Part shown: positions 50,310-59,208 of the stretch, in pieces | Position numbering within the stretch: the stretch's first letter is position 1 | How the letters are laid out: each line of letters opens with the position of its first letter | Assembly: GCA_050485645.1 (NCBI GenBank) | Contig: JBJHBT010000004.1 | Coordinates: 54,220-118,219 of the forward strand | Direction: 5' to 3' | Source of the DNA: Gammaproteobacteria bacterium | GTDB taxonomy: Bacteria > Pseudomonadota > Gammaproteobacteria > Steroidobacterales > Rariloculaceae | DNA: 64,000 bases | Notes under the pieces: generated by a model | What the model was told of the DNA's origin: nothing | Database searches by the model: none | Seen by the model: only the letters and a program-made list of their open reading frames with translations | Made by a program: the position numbers and the translations under genes

Positions 50310-50567
50310 TCAGGCGGCGACGACAACGGGGTGATCGAAGTAACGCGCCGCATACGCGATCGCAGCGCGAATATCCTCCGATTCGAGATCCGGAAAGTCG
50401 GCCAGGATTTCCTTCTGCGTCGCGCTGTTGGCGAGCATATCCAGTACATCCTTGACCCGGATACGCATGCCACGGATGCAGGGCCGACCCCAGCATTGCT
50501 GGGGGTTGACGGTAACGCGATCTGCCAGCGTGGGGGTCAAGAACTGTCTCCCGTGAATATCCAGCAT
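50310..50567 (-). CDS. DUF433 antitoxin
   Basis: GRPCIRGMRIRV, EILADFPDLE, AAIAYA. Confidence 0.88.
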   Translation of the reverse strand: MLDIHGRQFLTPTLADRVTVNPQQCWGRPCIRGMRIRVKDVLDMLANSATQKEILADFPDLESEDIRAAIAYAARYFDHPVVVAA

Positions 50568-50585
50568 CGTTTCCTCTTCCGGCAG

Positions 50586-51647
50586 CTATTTCGATTTGCC
50601 CGCCTTGCTCGCCAACGGCTCTCCGTTCCAAAGACTCGATATGGGCGTGGCCGCTAACCTGTCCCCGAACGGCACGACGTCCGCGCTGTCGTAAAGAACC
50701 GCGCCGAAGGCGAAGCGATCTCCGCACGCCTCGGCCAATGCTCGCAGCCCCCCGAAGTCCCCGGCCTTCACCGTGGCGCTCGCCTTCACCTCAATCCCGA
50801 CAATCATGCCGTCGTCGCGCTCCAGCACGATGTCCACCTCGCGCATATCCCGGTCCCGGAAATGGTGAGGCGTCAGCCGAAAATCAGAGGCCGTTATCAG
50901 CTTCAGCACTTCCGAGAACACGAAGCTTTCAAGCAGCGCGCGGAACTTTCCGCGATCAGCGTTGACCCTGTCGAAGGTCAGCCCGCGCACGCTGGCCAGC
51001 AGACCGGAATCGAGGAAGTGCCGCTTCGGTGTCTTCACGATGCGCTTCAGCGCATTGGTGAACCAGGGCTGCAGTGTCGCGATCAGAAACACCTGTTCTA
51101 GCAGCCCAACATAGCGCTGCCCGGTCTTGTGGCTGACATTGATTCCGGCCCCGAACCGCGAATAGTTGACCAGTTGACCAGAGTACTCGGCTAACAGCCG
51201 CACGAATTTCGGAAGCTCGGTCAGCTTCTCTACCTCCGCGATGTCCCGCAGATCGCGCGTGAGGACCGAGGTGAGGTAGGATCGCGCCCAGTCCTGCCGC
51301 CGTCGCTCGCTGTCGCGGGCGATCGCTTCGGGAAAGCCGCCGAGCAGGGCAAGTTGAACGAGATCGTCGCCAACAATCGCTTTGGGCTGATTTTGCAGCT
51401 TTCCCTCAAAGAGGCGCTCCAGAAAGCTCGGCGTCTGGCCTTCGATTTCTGCCCTTGCCAGCGGTAGCATCTGGAGGGTCTCCATCCGGCCGGCGAGACT
51501 GTCGGCGATCCGCGGCAGGGTAAGCACATTCGCCGAGCCCGTGAGGAGAAACCGGCCCGGACGATAATCCTCGTCAACCGTTTTCTTGATCGCCAGCAGT
51601 AGGTCGGGCGCGCGCTGGATCTCGTCGATGATGGCCCGGTCCAGGCC
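50586..51647 (-). pseudogene. AAA_14 + DUF4143 ATPase, 5'-truncated
   Basis: IDEIQRAP, FLLTGSAN, SLAGR, GGFPE, EVD, IEVK are present; the frame is closed by TGA just upstream and has no Walker A. Confidence 0.8.
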
Positions 51648-51758
51648 TCATCTCCGAATCCCTGGGCAATTAGGACTATTCGCTTCGGCTAGTTGGAAGT
51701 CAACACCCCGCTAATTGGTAGTCAGAAATTCGCGATCTGGAAAGCCTGTAGTTTCACC

Positions 51759-52281
51759 CGTTCCTGCACACAGGACTTAAGCTGCTGAGGTTTACGTTCT
51801 TCGGTAAGGATTCGGGTCTGCGTCCGAAGGAAGCGCCGCCGAACATGCTGATCGCGATGGCGATCGCCGCGGTGCTTTGCGTATTCATCGGCGCCTATCC
51901 GGATCCGATGTACGCGCTGATGCCGGCCGTGGTCGACTACAACCCGTACACCACCGGCCACATTCTCTGGCAGCTGCAGCTGCTGCCGGTCACGGCCCGC
52001 TTCGTGCGCGACGCCGGCAGCCGGCTCTGGCAGGCCACGTTGGGCGCACTGATGGATCGCATGCGCTGGGTCATGGCCAATCTGTCGCGCTACCACGGCC
52101 CGAAGGGCGTGCTCGCCGGCACCTGGCCCACCGGCAGCATGGTGCTGTGGGGTGGCGGTGATACTGGTGGCATCGCTGCTGATCTACTACCTGTAGGCAG
52201 AGATCGCGCTTCAGCTGAAGCGTCACTTTTCCGGAACGCGCAGCTGACCAACCTCCAGCCCCGGAGGCGGTCCCCATCGGT
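51759..52281 (+). pseudogene. Degenerate duplicate of the mrpD 3' end plus downstream flank
   Basis: Matches 46231-46848; carries an in-frame 96-bp deletion and a frameshift near the end. Confidence 0.9.
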
Positions 52282-52677
52282 TGGTGCATCCCTGGAGGCG
52301 GCCCGAATCAGCGTCATTCATCGAGATTGACGCGTGCCTGAACGCCATGACCGAATTCTACGCTCTCGCTGTCGAGGCAGTGCAGGGACGCACGGCTTGG
52401 GGCGCGTGATCGCCGCCGCCAAGATTCAGCAGCAGGTGACGTGTGTCGAGATGCACGACGTGCGCGGTGCGACGGGCATAGGCCACGTCGTCGTCCTTGC
52501 TCTTCATTCACCATGCGCCATCGCTCCGGGCCGAAATTGACCTCGACAGAGCCGGTTGAGCCATTTGTTCGATCGATTACGCCTTAGAGGAGAGCAGCAG
52601 AATTCGGATGCTGTCACCAAGATGCGGAACAAGACCAGAAGTCCCTGGTGGTAATACGTGTGGGAGTAGAAGAGCAA

Positions 52678-55008
52678 ATGAGCGTACGACGTATCAGCGC
52701 GCTGAGCTGTGTGGTTGTATCCTGGGCGGCAGCCGTCCTTACCGCCAATGCCCAGTCCATCCCGTCCCCTGCGCCGGACATGCCTCTGCCGCCCTGCACC
52801 TTCGTGGATGGCCAGTGGCACGGCGCCTGCCCTGCCGAGAGCGAGTACCTGTCGGGCTCGGCATCGGGGCGGTTCCTGCCAGGTGGCACCGTTCGCGTAT
52901 CGGCCAACCCGGTGGATCCGTCCTGCGATGAGTGGAGGTTGAACACCGGCGTGGTTTCGCCACTACCTTGCTACTCGCGGGTGTCAGCCCCTCGCGTCGT
53001 GACGTGCGCCACGATCGACCTGTTCGATGATGAACGATTTCGCGAACTCCCATGCAGTCAGGCGCTGTACCTGGACACCGCCGATCTGCCCAATCCGCTG
53101 TTCACGACACGCCGACCAAGCGGCCATGAAGACTGGAACGGGGCCACGTCCTGCGGCGCGACGCCCAGTTACGCCGTGTACGTCTTTGGCGGCCCGGCCA
53201 CCAATGAGGCTGCGGTGTGGAGAACCCGCGGACCGCTGGCCCTGACATGCGACATCACATTCGAAGGCCTGCGACGACCGGACGGACTGTACGGGCCGAC
53301 CTGGGCGAAGGTAGAGGTAATGGTGAACCGTGCCGATTCCCCCGATAGCTATAACGGCACCGGCGTATGGTCGCAGTTCTACGTGCCCATCGACGGTGAT
53401 CTGCGCTTCGGCAACGTGGACGTGGAAGTCGAAGCGGAAGGCTCGGTGACCGACGCCGATTGGGACAACGGCCGGGTGCTTGCCACCTACACGGCTACGG
53501 TGACCAGCCGCGGCGGCGAGGAAGCCGAGAACGTGCGGCTGGAGGTCACCTTTCCCCAGTATCTCAGTGTCCAGGAGATCTCCAACGAACGCTGTCGATT
53601 GAGCTCGGTCATCGATTCCGGCTATACCGGCGGCACACCGCCGCCTGGAAGCACAATGAATCCGGGCGGCCGTGTCGAATGCAGCTGGCCAACGCTGGAT
53701 GTCGACGAATCCGACACCGTGGACATTGTCGCGCGCATTCTCAATGCGACGGACCTTCACGCGCTGCAAACCGGAGAGGTATCGGGCGCGCGGCCAGGAG
53801 TGTACTTCGTCGTGAGAGCTAACGATGACGCCGTGGATTCCAACAACGAAGCCATCGTGGCCGTCGACATCCCCTTCCGCAGTGGTTCGTACTCCGGAAC
53901 GCGCGACGCGATGCGTGTTCTCGACCAGCACTTCAGCTACTCGACCTGGACTCTGCTGAGCGCATGCAACACTTACAAGGCGGAAATTCTTGAGCGCCTG
54001 GACAGTGTGCGCGCCGAGCATCCCCACGCATTTGCCAACCTGTCATATGGGGGCGTTACCAGCGGAAGCTACCAGATCGCGGGTATCAACCATGACTGGC
54101 TTACCGCCGGACACGTCGGAGTCGTGGTCTATGCGAAAGGCACCAACTATCGGGAAACAGGCATCATCATCAACGGTACCCCGACCCCGTCGCCGCTGAA
54201 CTTTACGAGCGAGATTGGCCTGTACGGAAGTGTGCTCTCGCCATTGGGCACCACGAGGCTCACCTTCGCGACTTCCCTGAACGGCTACTACCTGCTCACA
54301 CCCGCCAATCGCTTCCCCGGCTTCCCGGTCCCGGAGGCGCCGGCGATGACCGGCTTCGAGGGTCAGTACGCGGACAACCGCCATGAGTTTGTCATCGGGG
54401 GTGGCACACCGCCTGCGCCGGCTCCTGCCTCCGGAAGCGGCCTGTCCTGTTCCTTCGCGCCGGATGCCATGGTCGTGACCACGGCGAGTCCCGTGGAGAT
54501 ACTCGTGACGAATCCACTCGGGCAGCGGGTAGAGACCGAGGACGGCCGGATCGTGACGCAGGAACTCGATGGCGGAATTCATGCCATGGCGTTCCCGCAT
54601 GAAGACGGCACGTATGGCTGGACGCTTGTGCTACCCGTCGACGATTACGACATCGAGCTTCGCGGTATCGCAGATGGGCACTATGAGCTGACGCTGATGA
54701 CCTTCGACGAGACAGGTGCGCCAATCGAAGAAGTCACCTCCGGTTCGACTTTTCCCGGCCAGGTGCTGCAATACGAGTTCGCGGGTCCCGACCCAATCGC
54801 TGATCCGATACCCGATCCCGAACCGCCGATCGCCGCGCCCCCGCCCGCCGCCGTGCCACCCGCAGCCGCGCCACCTGCGCGGTCATCCCGCGGCGGTGGC
54901 AGCGCCATGGATCCGGTCCTGCTGTTAATGCTGATGGTGCTGGCGCTGATGGGTTGGCTTGCGCGTCAACGCGCCGCGTCGGCGGCCGCAAGATCGCCCA
55001 GATCGTGA
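52678..55008 (+). CDS. Large exported protein with DUF11-like domain and GlyGly-CTERM tail
   Basis: Signal peptide, Cys-rich N-region, YTATVTSRG..AENV..DSNNEA, Pro linker, SSRGGGSAMD-TM-RQR. Confidence 0.8.
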   Translation: MSVRRISALSCVVVSWAAAVLTANAQSIPSPAPDMPLPPCTFVDGQWHGACPAESEYLSGSASGRFLPGGTVRVSANPVDPSCDEWRLNTGVVSPLPCYSRVSAPRVVTCATIDLFDDERFRELPCSQALYLDTADLPNPLFTTRRPSGHEDWNGATSCGATPSYAVYVFGGPATNEAAVWRTRGPLALTCDITFEGLRRPDGLYGPTWAKVEVMVNRADSPDSYNGTGVWSQFYVPIDGDLRFGNVDVEVEAEGSVTDADWDNGRVLATYTATVTSRGGEEAENVRLEVTFPQYLSVQEISNERCRLSSVIDSGYTGGTPPPGSTMNPGGRVECSWPTLDVDESDTVDIVARILNATDLHALQTGEVSGARPGVYFVVRANDDAVDSNNEAIVAVDIPFRSGSYSGTRDAMRVLDQHFSYSTWTLLSACNTYKAEILERLDSVRAEHPHAFANLSYGGVTSGSYQIAGINHDWLTAGHVGVVVYAKGTNYRETGIIINGTPTPSPLNFTSEIGLYGSVLSPLGTTRLTFATSLNGYYLLTPANRFPGFPVPEAPAMTGFEGQYADNRHEFVIGGGTPPAPAPASGSGLSCSFAPDAMVVTTASPVEILVTNPLGQRVETEDGRIVTQELDGGIHAMAFPHEDGTYGWTLVLPVDDYDIELRGIADGHYELTLMTFDETGAPIEEVTSGSTFPGQVLQYEFAGPDPIADPIPDPEPPIAAPPPAAVPPAAAPPARSSRGGGSAMDPVLLLMLMVLALMGWLARQRAASAAARSPRS

Positions 55009-55046
55009 TAGGTGATGGCCAGATTATTCAGCAGGGTCGATGTGAT

Positions 55047-55324
55047 CCGCAGGGTGCGCTGTCGATGTGATCCGCTGTCTGCTCTCTCCACCGCCATGGC
55101 CACCGTGCTGCGACGGGCTGGTGTTGGCTTGTGGCAGGCGCACGCCCATACGCAGTGGCATTTCCAGCAGAAAGGGGAAGATTCTGACGCCGATGGTGAT
55201 CTCGACCGAGCTGACAGCGAAAATCCAGGCACCCCCGACCGGTCCGGGATCGGCTCGCAAACTCACATGACGACCATTCCGCGTATCAAGCCTGGCCGGA
55301 ACAGGCGGGTTAAAATGCCTATCC
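55047..55324 (+). repeat. 278-bp dispersed repeat, copy B
   Basis: Aligns to 48360-48637. Confidence 0.9.
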
Positions 55325-56140
55325 GCCTACTGGCGTTGGCGATCGCGGCGATGCAAGCGAGGAGGGCGGCGGCACATATCGCCCGAGCTCAGAGAGCTGA
55401 TCCGTCGCATGGCGCGGGAGAATCCCTTGTGGGGCCAGCGGCGCATCCAGGGCGAGCTCGCCAACCTGGGGTTCAACGTCAGCCCTCGAACCGTCGCAAA
55501 ATACATGCGAAAGTGATGGAATGGCCAGCCTTCGCCGGGGTGGCGACAGTTCCTGTCGCAACATGCCAATGAAATCTGGGCTTGCGATCTGTTCACGGTT
55601 CAAACCGTCTGGTTCCGCACGCTCTATGTGTTCTTCGTGATTCAACATGGAACGAGGGAGATCATCCACGCCCGGGTAACCTCGCAGCAAATGACGGAAG
55701 TCTGCGAGGTCGATCGCGAGCCACCTCGCTTTCTGATCCATGATCGGGACGGCTGTTACGGTGCTGCGTTCAACCGCCGTGTGCAGTCGTTTGGCATCGA
55801 GCAGACACGCACGCCCGTGAAAGCTCCGAGAGCGAACACCATAGCGGAGCGTTGGGTGAGGACGGCGCGGGCCGAGTGTTTGGATTACAGGCTCGTGATG
55901 AGGCATCAGCATCTGCAGCGATTAATCGACGAGTATGTCGACTATTACAATCTATGGCGTCCTCATCGGAGCCTCGAGCAAACAGCTCCACGTAGACAAG
56001 GACGACCGCGCCAACGCGCGGCGCCCGGGACGATATTGGCTGAGCCGGTCCTTGGCGGGCTGCACCACGTTTATCGATACGCAGCGCGACAGGTTAGGTG
56101 GACAGAGTTGTTGCGCCGTTCACCAGGGGTTCGAGGCTGA
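55325..56140 (+). mobile_element. Decayed rve integrase-core transposase (IS481-like)
   Basis: MARENPLWGQRRIQGEL, ACDLF, LIHDRDG, AERWV, RPHRSL, LGGLHHVY; in-frame TGA at 55514; 5' end missing. Confidence 0.85.
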
Positions 56141-56196
56141 CGAAAATCAGATGTGTCACGTAATTCGGCGGCGGTAGGGCTTGGCAGGAGTCTGAC

Positions 56197-56227
56197 AAAA
56201 AGCCCCCGGCAAAAAATGCCGGGGGCT
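56197..56227 (-). terminator. Intrinsic terminator of the minus-strand G8 gene
   Basis: AGCCCCCGGCA-N5-TGCCGGGGGCT with a T run on the minus strand. Confidence 0.8.
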
Positions 56228-56251
56228 CTTGCTGATACAGCAGGTTGCAGC

Positions 56252-58873
56252 TTACCGGCTGACCTGGAGGCTGGTCCCACCACCAGGGGCGCCAGTGCGG
56301 GTGTCACCGGCGGAAACCACCTTGACCCAGAGCGCATTCTGGTCCCTGAAGTACGAGGTCTCGCTGGCCCTGCGCAGCGCATCCAGGCTGCTTTGCTGAG
56401 TACCCGAAGCTGCTGTGGTGAATCCCGGCAGCTCGAAAATGACCCAGGAACCTTCGTCCATCTCGTTCAGGGTGAGGGACACGGTCGGCCTCTCGGTGGT
56501 CACTGTGATCTCGGTGCCGGATCGTACGTTGGTGCCGCCGGTCAGGTTGTACTCCTGGCCGTTGCGGCTGAGAACGACTGGCGGCTGAGCAGGCGCACCG
56601 CCACCAGGACCGCCGCCGGGGCCACCGCCGCCGAAGCCGCCGCCACCGGGGCCACCACCGCCGGGGCCGCCGCCACCGAAGCCACCACCACCGGGGCCAC
56701 CGCCGCCGAAGCCGCCGAAGCCGCCACCGCCACCGCCGCCAACAGTCAGGCGCCCGATATCACCCGGGCACAGGGCAGCGTTCCAGGTGGGTTTGATCTC
56801 ACAGGCTTCTGCGTCGACTGCGATACTGTCGTGGACGCCGTCATGGATTAGAACGTAGGAATCGGGACCACCGCCGAGCGAGCCGTCCCTGTCGCGGAAC
56901 GCCGCAGTGGCGAAGGACGCACCGCCTCCATTATCGTTGCCCCATTCACGCACGATCGGTGGGAAATACACCGGCTTGGCGTCGATGAACGTCAAGCGCT
57001 CGAATGCGTTGTTGGTGCTGACCCCGAAGCTGCTATACAGCAGGTTGGAGATCGCTCCGGTCTTGCGAAGGTCATTGTCCTCGTAATTGACGAAGGTCGT
57101 ATTCTCGACGTCATGACGGTAATCGTAGAACTCGTAGCCGCGGATCGGGAAATCCGGAAGTGACGGCTTCGGCAAGCTGCGGCCGTAAGCAATTTCCTCC
57201 GGAGTCCTGGGGTTGCCGACGTTTTCGGTTTCACCCACGAACAGCGAGTCAACGACCTTCGACGTATATTCGTAACGACCGAAAGCGCCAGACGCGTGCG
57301 TAAAGCCCATCGCGTTGTCGGCAAACTTCACGTTCCTGAATATCTTCATCTCACCGCGGCCCCAGATGCCGCCATTACGGTTCTTGTAAGCAGTGAGATC
57401 CTCGTAGACCGATGGCACTGCCTCGCTGTTCGGGTCCGAGGGATCGACAAGGCCGGTATGCGAGCTGCCGGTGACACCAAATGTGTTATCGGCGTTGATG
57501 TTTCGATCAAACATGAACCCGTCGTAGTTGGAGTGGGCAACGTTGCCCCGGAACTCGCCGAAGGGTATTCGACGCGGCCAGGTATTCAGGCTGATCTCCG
57601 TGCCCAGGAACTGACCGTTCGGGTGCTCTGGCAATGACACCCAGAAACCGATCGCATCGGAACCGGCAGCGACGTTATCGATGTAGCTGTTGGCCGGGTT
57701 GGTAATCCAGAAAGTCGCCACCGTGTTGTCCGAGGGCAGCAGGACATCCTCGGAGGCCTGGCCATTCGTTCCCGTACTGGGCTCGCCTGCTGCGGCGAGG
57801 TTGGTCGGGACGCACGGCAGGGTTGGATGGCACTTGGTCTGAATGCCCAGGTTCCTGACAAATTCGTTGCCGCGCTCGATGCCGTCCTCGAGGAAGAAGC
57901 AGTGACCGACGGTGTTGTAGGTCACGTTGTTTTCAATCTGCAGGTAATTGGTGCCGTGCACGGTCGTACAACGGTTGAACGTGTTGTGAATCGCGGAGTT
58001 CCGGATGTACTGGCCCTCGGCGTCGCCGACCAGATGCCAGTGGATCGGATAGCGGGCAAGCGTCAGATGCTGGCCCATGCGAGTCAACTCGACGCCGTCG
58101 ACATACATCTGGCTCCCCGGCATTGCCATGATGTGCCCGCCGAAGTATGACTCTTCTGCGTCGGCCGATGCCTGGATCCTGATGTTGCGCGTCAGCATGC
58201 CGACTTCGCCACGCTGATCCACGTCGAAGGTGACTCTGCCGAAATGCATGTATTCAAGCGGCTGATCCAGCGTGATCCTGTTACCGCTGATCGCGGTGAT
58301 CGTCCGCTTCTCCGCCTGCCTCGGATCGAAGTCCGTCGACGCCAGAACGATCTCATCGCCCACCCGCCATTCAGCGGCATTCAGGACTTCAATGGCGGTG
58401 CTGCCTGCTTCGGCTGTCTCAGCCAGCTTGGTCCAGGAGTTGGTTCGGCTACCGTGCAGATTCAGGGTGCCGCCCGAGATCATGATCCCGCGGTCGCCCA
58501 TCCCGGCCATGATGTCTTCACCCGGGACCTCGTCGGTGAAGGTGATGGTCGCGTTGCGCGTGTGGCGGTTGGCTTCCGTGCCGATGGTCAGATCCCCGTG
58601 CAGGATGATCCATTCGGTGATCAGTTCCAGGTCGAGCTCGTCCGAGAACGTGAGTCTGCCGTCGATAGTCAGACTGCGCAGACCCGGTGGACTGACGTCG
58701 AGAACAACGTCCATACCTTCGCTGATAACGACAGCGGCCCACTCACCGGGCACCTGGCCATCCGGCCAGGTAGCGGGATCGGACCAGTTCTGCTGGGCCC
58801 GGACATCGGCGATTCCAGCGAGAGCAAGCGCTGGCAATGCCAACACAAGAAACAATCGAGATTTTGCAAACAT
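56252..58873 (-). CDS. Secreted G8-domain beta-helix protein (CEMIP/TMEM2-like), copy 1
   Basis: WSDPATW, SWTKLA, GEVGMLTRNI, FGGH, MGQ..LARYPIHWH, RCTTVHGT, GHCFFLEDG. Confidence 0.88.
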   Translation of the reverse strand: MFAKSRLFLVLALPALALAGIADVRAQQNWSDPATWPDGQVPGEWAAVVISEGMDVVLDVSPPGLRSLTIDGRLTFSDELDLELITEWIILHGDLTIGTEANRHTRNATITFTDEVPGEDIMAGMGDRGIMISGGTLNLHGSRTNSWTKLAETAEAGSTAIEVLNAAEWRVGDEIVLASTDFDPRQAEKRTITAISGNRITLDQPLEYMHFGRVTFDVDQRGEVGMLTRNIRIQASADAEESYFGGHIMAMPGSQMYVDGVELTRMGQHLTLARYPIHWHLVGDAEGQYIRNSAIHNTFNRCTTVHGTNYLQIENNVTYNTVGHCFFLEDGIERGNEFVRNLGIQTKCHPTLPCVPTNLAAAGEPSTGTNGQASEDVLLPSDNTVATFWITNPANSYIDNVAAGSDAIGFWVSLPEHPNGQFLGTEISLNTWPRRIPFGEFRGNVAHSNYDGFMFDRNINADNTFGVTGSSHTGLVDPSDPNSEAVPSVYEDLTAYKNRNGGIWGRGEMKIFRNVKFADNAMGFTHASGAFGRYEYTSKVVDSLFVGETENVGNPRTPEEIAYGRSLPKPSLPDFPIRGYEFYDYRHDVENTTFVNYEDNDLRKTGAISNLLYSSFGVSTNNAFERLTFIDAKPVYFPPIVREWGNDNGGGASFATAAFRDRDGSLGGGPDSYVLIHDGVHDSIAVDAEACEIKPTWNAALCPGDIGRLTVGGGGGGGFGGFGGGGPGGGGFGGGGPGGGGPGGGGFGGGGPGGGPGGGAPAQPPVVLSRNGQEYNLTGGTNVRSGTEITVTTERPTVSLTLNEMDEGSWVIFELPGFTTAASGTQQSSLDALRRASETSYFRDQNALWVKVVSAGDTRTGAPGGGTSLQVSR

Positions 58874-59122
58874 GGCTCAGTATCCCCCTGGCGGAGCGAA
58901 TGCTCTATGTATCTGGACAGCACAATAGTTCAACTTTCGAATGCCGACAATTGCTTGCCGGTACAAGCTATCGCTTGCCAGCACGCCCTTGAGAAATCTT
59001 GTCATTCAAGCTGCCGAGCAGGCAAACGACTTGATCATGGAGACCTTCTTGAAGGTCCTCACGCCCGATCGTTGGGTGCTGCTGGGCGCCTGGCGCGGCC
59101 GTGGACGGTTATCCAGGAGAGC

Positions 59123-59141
59123 ATAACGGTCAGCCGATAAG
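59123..59141 (+). repeat. 19-bp direct repeat of the G8 copy-2 3' end
   Basis: ATAACGGTCAGCCGATAAG also at 61843-61861. Confidence 0.85.
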
Positions 59142-59208
59142 CGCCTTTCATGTTAGTCTCATCTGCTCAGTACCGGGAATATAGAAACAAGGAACGGGGA
59201 GCAGCATC

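Noticed and set aside
51698-51716. GTCAACACCCCGC resembling an IscB/IS605 element end
   Set aside because: No following hairpin or associated ORF
54966-55046. TPR-like peptide LNNLAITYHDLGDLAAA on the minus strand
   Set aside because: A single motif overlapping another gene's end; at most a relic and cannot be supported
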